Positions 40,330-54,192 of a stretch of DNA of 64,000 nt are shown here, piece after piece. Both the position numbers and the translations under genes were made by a program. The DNA is from the human T2T-CHM13v2.0 reference genome, Homo sapiens, in assembly GCF_009914755.1 (NCBI RefSeq), contig NC_060931.1, one strand, 5' to 3'. The notes under the pieces were generated by a model. That model saw only the letters and a list, made by a program, of their open reading frames with translations, had not been told where the DNA came from and did no database searches. The first letter of the stretch is position 1, and every line of letters starts with the position of its first letter.

Positions 40330-40688
40330 TAAAAGAAGGGAACAATTGCACCTGGAATTGCACCAAAGCATACTTTGGAAATGAAATGTTTATGGAAGTG
40401 ATATATGTGATTTCCAGGCCTAAGTCATAGCAATTTGCTAGACCATCCTTTACCCTTTTCCCTGACAGCCAAAGGGAGACAATTCCAGTTAGGAGCCATG
40501 TGCCAAGAGGCAATATGAAGGAATCTGATGCCTGAATGAACACTTGAAAGACAGCTACCTACCAGAAGCACCTGCATTTGACTGTTGCTTGAGCAATAAA
40601 TACATTTTTATTGGGTTAAAACATTTTCTTAACACTATGATTTCAGGACACATTTGTTACGGCAGCTAGCATTAAGTTAATTATAACA
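40330..40688 (+). mobile_element. MLT1 (H/I/J-like) MaLR LTR fragment
   Basis: 'ggaagtgatatatgtgatttccaggcctaag', 'gagcaataaatac', 'tttgttacggcagctagc'. Confidence 0.6.
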
Positions 40689-41158
40689 TAGACTCCTCTA
40701 GAAAAATGGGACCAGTTACATTGTTTGGTTTTGGAAGAGGAATAGAAAATACACCCACCTTACCTGATTTAATACTTTAGAAAGACCTATGTTTCCAAAT
40801 ATAGCCCTGCCATTAACTCATTGAGCTTTGGGAAGCCACTTAAAATATAGGAGCCTCAGTTTCCTTATTCGTCAAAGTATTTTCAACAGCTACCCCTAAA
40901 TTAGTTGCTGCTTACCTTTTCCCAGATTTAAAATTCTGTGATTCTTTTATTATAAGTGAAAATTCTAAGTTAATGTCAGATACCACTCAAGTCAACACGG
41001 AGGAAGTGTGAGTATAGAAAAAGACTAGGGATTATTTATTAATAATCCACCTTGAGATGACTTGCTAACACACTTTATAACAAAACACATATAAAAAAGA
41101 ACTGAGCCTTGACAGAGTAAACATAAGCCTCTCTCACCCCTTAAAAATTATGAAAATA

Positions 41159-41478
<320 letters not shown>

Positions 41479-42067
41479 TTAGAAGTGAATAAAAACAAAA
41501 ATTTCCCCCAAAATATATCAAGAAACTGTAAACACATCTCTGTAGAAACGTCAGTAAGAGAACAAAGTGAAGGACAAGATTAGATCCAAGCTGAATACTT
41601 CAAGCAGTAGCCAAAATGGGTGACAGTAATGATATTATCCTTTTGGGGAATACTGTAAATGAAGACCTGTTGCTTGATTGATTTATAATTAGAATCAGCA
41701 ATATTCTAGACAGTACTGAAGAGAACAATCATGTATTGGCAGGGGAGAATGAGATGATAACCTAAAAGTCAGTTTCATTTCTCTTGTCTATGGTAATTGA
41801 GTCCTTATAATGGAGAATTCAGGGGAAGCCAAATGGAGACAATTTCACCTTCTTCATTGTCACCCTCTGCATTGAGCTCAAATACCCTTCTAGAATAAAT
41901 TACACAAGTGCTTCTAAATAGCAGAGGTCAGTCACTAAGCAGTTTTATAAGAAGCTTATGTAACCCATGTGTGATGGGAAAAAACCAAACCAAATCAAAC
42001 AACAATAAACATTTAAACTTCAGAGTACTAGCTCAGAGCGGGAGTCAACCTTAAGAAAGGACACTGG

Positions 42068-42380
<313 letters not shown>

Positions 42381-42659
42381 CAAAGACGTTAGACTAATGG
42401 AGTTTTCTAATCAGCACTCAGAAAGGAAAATACTACTTTCCTACATGAAATGATTAAGGTGTTAAAAGCTTTCTGCATGGCATCAGCACAGTGCAGAGCA
42501 CACGAAACATATGTGTGATGAAGACCAAGTGCAACCTAGACCTAATGCAGTTGTAATTCAGGGGCAGTAGCAGGCTTGAGAAATACTGCTGCTGAGCTGT
42601 GTGATTGAAGAAGGTGGCTGGCACCTTATAAGCCCTGCACTGAGCTTGGGAGGTATGGC

Positions 42660-42930
42660 AGGAGGTGGTGATAAAGTGCCTGGGCTTCGGATATCAGCCA
42701 AACCTTGGCTCAAATCCTGATTCTACCACTAACTAGCTGTTTTATTGTTTAATGTTAATGGCTTAGCTGTTTAATGGCAAGTTACTTAGCCACTCAATTT
42801 CCTTATCTATAAAATGAAGATAATAATATGTACCTCACAGGGGTTTTGTAGGATTTAAATGAGACTGAAATTTTGTAGTAGGATATCCAGGTGAGGCCTA
42901 ATCTGTGCCTGCTACTAGGATTTAAAGATG
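42660..42930 (+). mobile_element. MIR
   Basis: 'ggctcaaatcctgattctaccact', 'ggcaagttactta', 'atctataaaatgaagataataa..tacctcacaggg'. Confidence 0.75.
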
Positions 42931-44482
42931 TTTGAAAAAGTCTGATGAAATGGTGAAGTAGGCTACTCAGGATACTATTTTCACATAGGATAAAAGGGGT
43001 TCCAGAAAACAAACTTCGGAAGGAAGAATTACTTTGAGTTGGTAATAGTCTCAAAGTCAGTAGGGAGGAATGATTTTTGTATATAGTTTGGCCTGCCATT
43101 CAAATCTATTGTGTGTCAGCTCCCTAAATTCATTTCTGCAATTTAGGGAGACAGAGCACTGTGAATACATCCTGAAAAGGTGCTCTCACTAAAATTGTGT
43201 TAGACTTCGAGACACCGGTAACTTCACTTTGGTACTCATCTTACAAGGGTTATCAGAATAGAAGAAAAATTTTTCTCTTCCAAATAGGCACTGACCATCA
43301 TACTCAGGTATCTGAAGGTTCCAGTGCAATAGTGACTGTACCCAGGAAGAACTGCAGTCTCTACCTGAGACTGAGATGAGATAAGGTGTCTCTGCCTGAT
43401 ACGTAGTTGAAAGTGGAAATGGCAGCAGCATAGGAACCGGGGGGACTGTGGCACCTAGTGAAAGAAGAAGGGGTATTTAAAACCAGTGGCAATGTGCAGC
43501 TGAGAGAGCAGCACCTGTGAAGGGTGGCTGGTGGCTGGTAGTGCCATGGCAGCTGGAAGACAAACAGCAAAGGCAATGGCAGTGATAACAAGAGGTGCCC
43601 AGGGGAAGCAATGGCAGCATTATGTCTAGCAGGCACCCTATAGCTGACTTCACTGGTTGGAGAGCATAGATGTGACACCACATATCAGAAATACTTTGGG
43701 AAGGGAATGGGAATACATGAAAGGGAACTGAGAGGGTGGGGTTACTTTACAGTCTTGCATGATCAGATGTAAGCAACTGCTAACTTCATGAAGATGATCA
43801 CCTTTATGGAGATCACGTAGATGAACCCCAGAGAATGGCAAGTCTGGGAAATCTGAACCAGTAATCAATACACCACAGGAGCTCAATTCGTGATAACATT
43901 CTGTCTCCTTTACCCTCTCCTTTCTATTTTAGGTAGACAAAGTAGACTCATATATTGGCTGTATTACCTGCATTAAATGATGACCGAGTGCACCAAATTG
44001 TATAATCATGGTTGTCTTTCTCAACCTGTTACCTGATTAGCAAAATGGGAATAGCGTAGCGTGCTCTACAGCTGAGAGATTGCGTAAGTAGATCATTGTT
44101 GCAACACTTGCACATCTTCAGCATTCAGCAATGTTAGTTTCCTCCCTCTCTGGATAACTGAAGAACTCTATGCAATTAGTGTCTCAGAACTGACAAGGAA
44201 GGAACTTTGGCTAGCTTAGCTGTGATAACTAGAAAAGTAGAAAAGACTGTGGACTTAGAGCAGGAGTTCCAGCTAAGAGTCCCCCCCAAACACCCCCACC
44301 CATAACATCTAAGAATTTATTTGATCCTTTCAAATAACTGTGATTCTCTCCCTATGATTAACATTTTATATAAGAAGAAGAAAAGGCTCAAAGTTTTAAC
44401 ATGGGTAAATTCAAGTCTGGGCAATAAGGCAGACTGAACTAACACAATCTGTTATGTTCTTCTCTCCTGCCCAACTTCCACC

Positions 44483-45225
44483 TTTTTTTCAGATGATAAA
44501 ATATGCATAACAAAGAATTTGCCATATTGTTTTTAAGTATACTATTCAGTGACATTAAGTACACTCCCATTGTTGTGCAACCATCACCACCACCCATCTC
44601 CAGAACCTTCTTCATCTTCCCAGACTCAAACTATACGAATCAAACCAGAACTCTCCATTCTTCTCTCCCTGCAGTCCTCACAACCACCCTTCTATATTCT
44701 GTCTATGAATCTGACCACTCTACGTAGTTGACATAAGTAGAATCATACAGTATTTGTCCTTTTGTGACTCGCCTTTTTCACTAAGTATAATGTCTTCAAT
44801 GTTCATCCATGTTGTAGCATTTTTCAGAATTTCCTTACTTTTTTAAGGCTGAACAATATTCCATTGTATGTATATACCACATTTTGTTTATCTGTTCATT
44901 CATTGATGAACATTTGGGTTGCTTCCACCTTTTGGCTATTGTAAATAATGCTGCTATGAACACGGGGGTTTTACAAATGTCTCTTCAAAATCCTGCTTTC
45001 AATTTTTTTGGGTATATACCCAGAAGTGAAATTGCTGGATTGTTTGACAGTTCTATTTTTGATATTTTGAGGAACCACTATACTGTTTTCCATAGCAGCT
45101 GCACCATTTTATATTCTCACCAGAAATGTACAAGAGTTCCAACTTCTCCATACCCTCACCTTATTATTTTTCCTTTCCTTATCCCCCCTTTTTTTCTCTT
45201 TTGATAATAGTCACCCTAATGGGTG
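44483..45225 (-). mobile_element. L1MB-type 3' end
   Basis: 'ttgttgtgcaaccatcaccacc..catctccagaac', 'gaatcatacagtatttgtcctttt', 'ggtatatacccagaagtgaaattgctggat'. Confidence 0.88.
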
Positions 45226-46769
45226 TTCTGGCTAAGAATTTTTACCAGGGCTTTCATCACTGTCTAATGAGGAGTGAGGGGAAGCTACCAAAGAATCACA
45301 GAGCACTTACAGCTATTTGTTGTTTGCAAATTGCTAGTTATATTTAAGTTAACTTATTCATCTAAATGCAGTTCATTAAAAAAAAGTGGTTCATTTTGTC
45401 CTATTTGTCTGTAGATTTCCAGTTAATAGTATCTGTTTCAGTTATTGTTTTTTAAAAAGGTATCTGAAGTGGATATATTTTTCTGGATTGCATTTGCAAA
45501 CAAAATTTAATCACTTTATACAGTCCAACTGAGTGTTTCTGAGGTGGGACAACCCAACCAGTAGATGACGCTCGTGCCATTTGATTACATTTTACTGGCT
45601 AATGTCATGTATCATCCTCCACATTTTGTCTGGATTTCAACTGTAGAGAGCAAATACTCGGCCGTAGCACATAAAACCTTTCTCCAACCTTAAATCATAA
45701 GAATATGGTAAATTCAAGGCAATTTTACCAACAAATATGACATCTCTTCTTATAAAGATTCAGAATTTATAATCGTATGTTCATAAAGGTATAAATAAAA
45801 TGGGTATTCATTACATTGGTTACAGATGAACAAAATGGAATTTAAAAGAATTACAAGATGGATGTCTTGAAGACCTCCAGAAAGCATAGTGAAGTGTCCT
45901 CTGGTAATGTCACATTCCAGAATGCCAGCTGTTTACTGGCTGTGTGTGACTCTAGACAAGGAATCTTTGTGAAACTTTTTGGGAAAAAAAGTAAAGTAGG
46001 GAATACAATGCATATCCTCTAATGATGAAATAAAACATTGCTGAACAACATCGAGTGTCACAGGCCTCCCAGAATAGGTGCTTGTTCAACGTTAGCCCTC
46101 TTTTCTCTCCACCCGACACTTTATCATCTTTGTTATGTGACAATTAACTGGAGGAAGATTTCATCTCAATTATCGTATTTCTTCCCTTTTCATTTTCTTT
46201 GGCACAGAAAAATTTAATGTTTACCTTCAAAGCATGAATTGGTGTGTATGTGTATGGGTTCTCCCCAGGAGACAATTTAATATAATTAATAACTTCAAAA
46301 TCATTTGGGTGATGTGAAATATGCATAGTTATTACAAGCCAGTGTGTGGCAGGGGGAGGGGTAGATGGCTGTTCAGTAGGAGGCAGAGGCAGATAACATA
46401 TGTGCAAATGGAAGTTAGAAACCAGGCAACCTTCCGAGAGTGAAGGCTGCCAAGTCAGTCTCAAACAACTTGCACCACTCAGGTGCATTCATGCCCAACC
46501 CAGAGAGGACTGTGGGCTTGGTGCAGATGACTGGCTGAGCTCCTATCAGAGCCTCTTACTTCCAGCTTCAGGCATTTGTGGAATAGCAATGTAGGTGTGC
46601 TGGCTGTGAATAAACTTGGGTTTTGAGCAGCCACATTAACAAGCTAGAATCAACAGGGAGAATTTGCCATAATAAAGCACTTTCCCAGTTGTCACATTGT
46701 ACTTTTTAAAGTGGCAAGTTTTTCCCAGTGTGCTCCAAATGTGATCAGATTTACAAACAGCTGATTAAA

Positions 46770-46920
46770 AAGATAGGATTTTAGAGCTGAAAAGCACCTC
46801 CGAATTCATCTAATACACTATCTTCATTTTACAAATAAAGAAATAGAGGTTCAAGGGGAGAAATGACTTGCCCACTGTCAGGAACTGAACAAGTAGGAAT
46901 TCCCAAGCTTCTTAACTATC
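46770..46920 (-). mobile_element. MIR3/MIRc relic
   Basis: 'ggattttagagctgaaaag', 'cattttacaaataaagaaatagagg...aatgacttgccc'. Confidence 0.65.
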
Positions 46921-47115
46921 AGGAAAGGGCTCAGTCCAGAAGGCCACACCAGTGATTTCTTAAACCAGGATTCCTATGTGGTTTATCTCAAAAAGAATTG
47001 CTATTGTATTCCCAAACTCCTAGCCTATCACAGAGCTGTTTCCTGATAATTTTACGGTCTGGCCATAAATGTTTTGAAGTAGATACTCAAAAATTCACCA
47101 AGCAAATCTACGTTT

Positions 47116-47390
47116 CATCATCATCATCATCACCATCACCACCATCATGTTTCACACTTACACGGTGCTGATTATGTGGCAGGCACTAACTAATGTAAGA
47201 ATTTTACATAAATTAACTCACAAAACCCCAGTGAGGGAGGTACCATTCTCAATATCTTGCAGATAAACTGAACACAGAGAAGCTAAACAGCTTGTCCAGA
47301 ATGTACATGGTTGATAAGTGATGGATTTGGGATTTGGACCCAGCCAGCCTGGCTCTGGAGTCTATGCACATAACTGCTATGCCATATTTC
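47116..47390 (-). mobile_element. MIR preceded by a (CAT/CAC)n repeat
   Basis: catcatcat/caccat run at 47116-47147; 'tatgtggcaggcact', 'aaactgaacacagaga', 'gggatttggacccagcc..ctggctc'. Confidence 0.7.
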
Positions 47391-47558
47391 CTCTCAAACA
47401 ACTGCTATCCTATATTACCACTCCACTCTATGATTAGGATGAGGAGATTTTCCTGATGGTCATATTAAGATAATTTGTTGAATCTGCTTTCCGACCCTAA
47501 TTCCGTGAGTGAGAGGTGTGGCAGGGAAGAATAGAGCCCCAAAGATACCAGGTGTGAT

Positions 47559-47594
47559 CTACACTTGATCTTAGCCAAAAGGCCGAGAAGCAAT
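47559..47594 (-). pseudogene. U2 snRNA 5'-fragment retropseudogene (nt 1-36)
   Basis: Minus strand ATTGCTTCTCGGCCTTTTGGCTAAGATCAAGTGTAG is U2 nt 1-36 with one CpG transition; direct repeat accaggtgtgatcta at 47547-47561 and 47595-47609. Confidence 0.95.
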
Positions 47595-49179
47595 ACCAGG
47601 TGTGATCTAAATTGCATTGCAAATGCTCCATGCACGTAGCCATGGTAGAAAGGGTACATGTCAAATTTGCTGGGGTTTTATTACACTTCAAGAAATATAG
47701 CATTCTTTGATTACTTTAAATATAGGTCTTCAATATGGAAAGAGTAATGCAGTCTAAGTAAAACTGAGCAGTTACTTCAAGTCAGGTACAACAAGCAGGT
47801 TATTATTTCAAAAATGACATTTTAATTACCACCAGGAGGCCATTAGAAATGCATTCTGGCAGTTTGCTTGGTTCCTTTGGAAAGATAATATTGACAAACT
47901 GCTATGAAACTGGAGTTTAGAAAACAGTGTAAATTGAGATCAGGAATAAAACAAACATTTGCTTGTGTACCCTAAAGCAATGATGAACAATTTAAAGAGA
48001 GAAGACAAAGTTGAAATTATATTTTTCTTTCTTAGGGAGAGGCAGAAGAGGGAGTAGTTTTGCAGGAAGACTGTTGTGTTCCTAAATTTATTACCTATGT
48101 GAATTACTTGATGTATTTAGCATAGCAATTTGAAGCTTCAGCCATCCAAGCACAAGTCACTGAGGAGCTGAGTGCCCTGGAACGCTAATTCTGCCTTCTT
48201 CTCCATGCTAGGAGATTGGCTTCTTGTGACCTCTGGTGTGGAGGGTTTCAAAAGAACAGTTTGGTCCTGGAGCTGATCTCCAGTCTCATCAAGGATGACT
48301 GGCATAACTCCAGGAGCTTGGGTCATCTTTACAAATTCCACAGCTTTGTCCCTTGGTGATCCCAGGACATTGGGAAAATTTTTCACATTTAGCTTCAGGC
48401 ATTTGCGGAATAGCAATGTAGGTGTGCTGGCTGTGAATAAACTAAAATATAAAAACCTAAAACATAAAAGGGAAAGACCAGATAAGTACACCTAAAAATC
48501 AATGCTCCTATTGCTTATCATGGTTGGTTTTCCTTATAACTAAAATCAGTACAAATGCTTTTTGCTAGTCACGTGGGTTGTCACTGCAGAAGCCACAGGA
48601 AAACCATTCAAGCCACTTACCTTTTCTCTCTTTCCTCTAGGAAATACCTTTTGTATTGGTCTGTGTGGTACTTAAACCAAAGGGGAAAAACTGTGGTGAC
48701 TGATTCTACTACAGGTTAACCATATAAAATAAAGAAAACTCTTGAGATGCCCTATTGGAGCAATGTAATTTACTTTCCTTTCCCTAAAGTAGTTCCAAAG
48801 GTGGGGATATTGCTAGGATTTGGGGTCACTTTTATTTCTGAGAAAAAAGGTAAAGATGAATGGTACTTAGATTGCAATACACTAGCCAAATAGCAGTCTC
48901 TGTCAGAGACTCCTCCCTCTGACTTTCCTCTCTATATTTATTAATTTATTCCTTTGACAAATATTATTAAAGAGAGTACTATACATGCCTAGATTTATCT
49001 AAACTCCAAAGAGATTATGGTCTAGAGAGGAAATAAAATATGTATATGAATAAATGAACACGAGGAAGAAAGAAATAAATACCATGAGAGCAGCACATAG
49101 GAAATGCTTTGGGAGATTTTACATGATTATCAAGAGAGATCCAGCAATTCTATTTCAAGAAGTCATATTGACTATATCT

Positions 49180-50600
49180 CTTCTCCTTCCTGAAACAGAC
49201 CTCATTGAGAAAGCCACAAGGGATTATAAAAGGTTTTAACCTACAGCAATAAACAAGAGCGGGTTAGAGATCTCATTAAAATACTGCAGGTGAAATTGAT
49301 GCAGTGGTATCTAATGTAGCCACATCTAGCTGTAGACAAGAATATATTGAGAAAGGGATGAATCCAAGCTGGAGGTGCGGGGAGTACTCTATTCCACAGA
49401 ACTCCAGAGGCTTGGGACTCAGAGACACTGTGTAAATGAGGTCAGGATGATATATGATGCCAATGGCGGAGCCCTAACATCCACGTAGCCTCTAGCTAAG
49501 GAAACAAGCAAATAAGCAGGACTCCCTGATCAGAATTAGGAAGGTAGTCTCTGAGTTGGAATATGGGTAAACCTCTCCTAATGGAAGCATTTGGGACTTG
49601 AAAAATTGAGTCTGGCTCCTCACCCACTCTCCCTAAAATGAGGCCATCAATGTGTACACAGAGATCACAGTCAATGTCTCTATTGCTTCATTCCCAAATG
49701 TAAATAGGCTATAAGGAATAAACCTTCTTTTCACAAAAACCTAAAACATAAAAGGGAAAGACCAAGATAAGAACATAAGAATCAGTCACAAAAATATAAG
49801 AAGAGCAAGATGTTACAAACAATAAAAGCTGCAGCATAAGAGAAGACTCTTGAAAACTTTTTTAAAAAATCTGATGGAAAAAATGTAAAGACATTTTATT
49901 AAAGAGTTGTGTGATAAGAACAAGGAAATTCCTTATATTGAGGAGTGAAGGGATAAAGAGAAAAGAAATATGAGGGAGGACAGGTGACTCAGAGGATTAG
50001 TCCAGAAAGATCACATCTCACTAATAGGGGTTCCAGACAGAACAGTGAACACAAGGAAAGAAAGTTGCAAAGAAATCTTTTAAATATAGCACTTTCCGGT
50101 GCTAAAAGCACATCTTCAAATGGAGAGATTTCATTGCATATCTGAAACAAATATATTTTTAAAAAGTATTCTCTATATAGGTATTGTTGTGATATTTCAG
50201 AGCGCCAGGACCAGGAGTCAGCAAACATTTTTTTCTGTAAAGGACCAGAGAGTAAATAGTAGACTATTTTTTTTTTTTTTCCTGTAAAGGACCAGAGAGC
50301 AAATAGTGCAAGCTCTGTAGGCCATTCAGTATCTGTCCCAACTGCTCTGCTCTCCTGGGTTAGCACAAAAGCAGCCATAGATGTGATTAGAGCAAGGGGA
50401 TAGAAGGCCCTAAAAGGGCAGTATTTGAAAAAAATAAGGAATTTTATTGAACATATTATATGATGGAGCATTTGAAAGAAAACAATAAAGATACAACAAA
50501 GGCAAAGAGTGACGGTAGAAAAAATCAATTAGAAAGAAGAGAAAAACTTAAAACTCACACAGGAAATATAATGATATTACAGCACTCTATTTTGTCTAAG
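49180..50600 (+). mobile_element. Highly diverged L1 5'/ORF1-region relic
   Basis: A-rich; 'cagaggattagtccagaaagatcacatctcactaataggggttccagacagaacag' resembles old L1 ORF1; no open frame. Confidence 0.5.
50212..50385 (+). mobile_element. MER58A 5' part with an internal tandem duplication
   Basis: 'caggagtcagcaaac..ttctgtaaagg', 'gcacaaaagcagccataga'. Confidence 0.75.
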
Positions 50601-50750
50601 CAATGAACAGATGCATATTTGCATGAACTGTCAGGGGAGGGAATGCGTGTCCATGATTTGGAGACCTGGGAAAGCAGGCACACTGGGGAGGATAGAGCAC
50701 AGACTGTACACATTGTAAAAGCCCTTGCATGCCCTCCGAAAAATTACTGA

Positions 50751-50754
<4 letters not shown>

Positions 50755-50781
<27 letters not shown>

Positions 50782-51050
50782 TGAGACAGGGTCTCGCTCT
50801 GTTGCCCAGGCTGGAGGGCAGTGGTGCAATCTGAGCTTACTGCAACCTCCACCTCCCGAGCTCAAGCAATTCTGCAGCCTCAGCCTTGCGAGTAGCTGGA
50901 TCACAGGTACTTGCCACCACACCAAGCATTTTTGTATTTTTTGTAGAGATGGAGTTTCACTACATCACCCAAGCTGGTCTCTAACTCCTGAGCTCAAAGC
51001 CTAGCCTCCCAAATTGCTAGGATTACGGGCGTGAACCACCGCACCTGGCC
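50755..51050 (-). mobile_element. AluJ(b)-like, full length
   Basis: Poly-T, 'gagacagggtctcgctctg', 'tttttgtagagatgg', 'gagctcaa'. Confidence 0.93.
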
Positions 51051-51094
51051 CCTGATTTTTTTTTTTCTTTCTTTTTTTTAAAGCAATTAGATGA

Positions 51095-51450
<356 letters not shown>

Positions 51451-52196
51451 CTACATGGGAAACTCGACTGGGCTTCTTGTTTTAGAAGTAGAATATTTTG
51501 TTAACCAAGAAGGAAGCATCCACACTGTGCATCTTATAGCTCTTCCATGAATTTTTGTCTGAAAATGACTAACTCTTATTTGTCTTCCAGATGGGATGAA
51601 GAGTGCAAAAAATATTATTTGGGGCTTGGTGTCTCTGAGTACAACATGAAAGCAAAAGATACTTGCGTTGGAGTAAGCAGAGACATTTTTCATACATTGG
51701 CATTTAAAAAAATTCAAGTTCTTATATAATCCCCAAACTTCCATACTTCCATTTGACTAAAAATTGTCCAAGGTACGGGAACTTTTGTTCTTTTTTGGTC
51801 AATATAGCTTTAGAATAGATGTGTTAAAACTGTGGTTCTGAAATGTTAGCTTAGGGAAGCTGCTCTTGTTAAAGATACATATTCTCAATTTCAACTCCCA
51901 AACATATCACATTCAAGGGTTTACAGTGAGGGGGTATTGAGAAAATGCATTTTGAACATGCTCACAGATGTTTGGTAGTGCCTGGCTTAAATCATCCTGT
52001 AGGAATGTACCTAGTCAACACCATCTCCTTCAACCAACCTATATCCCACTTCACATTTCTGTCTTGTCCTCTTTGATACTCCTCAGAATGTTGAAGCTGC
52101 TCTCAGTTTGCCGGAACTATATAGCTTTGGCAGAAGCTTGTCATTTGTTAAGATAATGTTGCCCAATTCTACAATTTAATTCCTATTCTCTGCTAC

Positions 52197-53094
<898 letters not shown>

Positions 53095-54042
53095 CTATGT
53101 TTTGCTATTTCACTTGCTAGAGACTTTGGACAAGATGTTCCACAACTTTCCTCTCCCAAATTGTTGCCATGCTGCTTGGAGTCAGAGTAAAAACAAATTA
53201 TCTGAATATGAGACAATATATAACCTATGGAAAGGCAAATATTTAATTGTGCCTGAATTTAAAGTGGTATTTGACTTCAGTATAAAATTAGGTTCAAGAA
53301 GTTGTACTGTTTTCTGAAATTATCTTTCTTTTTAAACTAGCTGCGATTTCTGCTTACACTCTCATCTAACAAGTTTAATTATTACTTTTAAAAAGCAAAG
53401 CACTTCACGTTTTGCCCTCTGCTACCTAAGCTGCTAAAGAACAAGTTTCAGAGATATTATGATCAAATGTGAGTTTGACCTAGAATATAAGAATTCGTTT
53501 AATTTCTATGCTACTTTCCTCTGAAGAAAACTACGCACTCAGTTCAGAAATATTTTGGCATGACAATCAGCATAATGAGAATTAGTTCATTTTTATTCAC
53601 TGTATAGAACCAAAATTCAATGGAGAATAAGAAATGCAAATAGAAGGATGTATGATGAGGTCCTCAGAGCCTGGTGGGTTACGGGGAGTAGAATGCTGGG
53701 AAGCACAGGAGACCTTAAGTATTTTGAATGTATCGGTAGACTCTCAGAAGCACACAGGTGAGAGACACTAAGATATTCTTGAGTAGAGGGAGAGGTCAGA
53801 GAATTTATTTGTTCCTAGAGTTTTTCCAATACAAAGGAAGTATAACACCAGAATGTCTTTGTAATTCAGCTCTCTTTTGGTAGATTTTGAATAGAGATCA
53901 AAAGAAATATGCATGAATTGGGATCAAAATTGAGAATTTTCCCTATGATAAAATATGCTTCATAAGAACAGAATCTTTGTCTTGTTCACTGTTGTATCCT
54001 CAGTTTGTAGATCAGAAAAAATGCTCAATAAATGTCCATATT

Positions 54043-54192
54043 AGGAAGGAAGGAGGGAAGGAAGGAGGGAAAGAATGAAGGAAGGAAGGGAGGGAGGGAA
54101 GAAATGAAGGAAGGGAGGGAGGGAGGGAGGGAAGGAATGAAGGAAGGGAGGGAGGGAGGGAAGGAAGAAAGGAAAGGTGAAAGGGAGGGAAG
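54043..54192. repeat. Impure (GGAA/GGGA)n polypurine tract at an L2 tail
   Basis: ~150 bp almost entirely purine; follows an L2-like end 'tgttcactgttgtatcc...tgctcaataaatg'. Confidence 0.9.

Noticed and set aside
43400-43860. G-rich block that may be an old LTR (a similar unassigned block lies at ~10500-10920)
   Set aside because: I could not match a family or define termini, so it is not listed as a feature.
47545-47609. Repeat-spacer-repeat pattern superficially like a CRISPR unit
   Set aside because: Eukaryotic context, only two repeats, and the spacer is U2 snRNA; the repeats are a TSD.
48138-48491. 117-aa minus-strand ORF with protein-like composition
   Set aside because: Its N-terminal part comes from the patchwork insertion; no recognisable domain or exon boundaries. 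A tblastn search would be needed to exclude a pseudogene fragment.
49989-50528. Longest ORF in the track (179 aa, minus strand)
   Set aside because: Antisense to L1/MER58 relics, low-complexity and Phe/Leu-rich; chance ORF.
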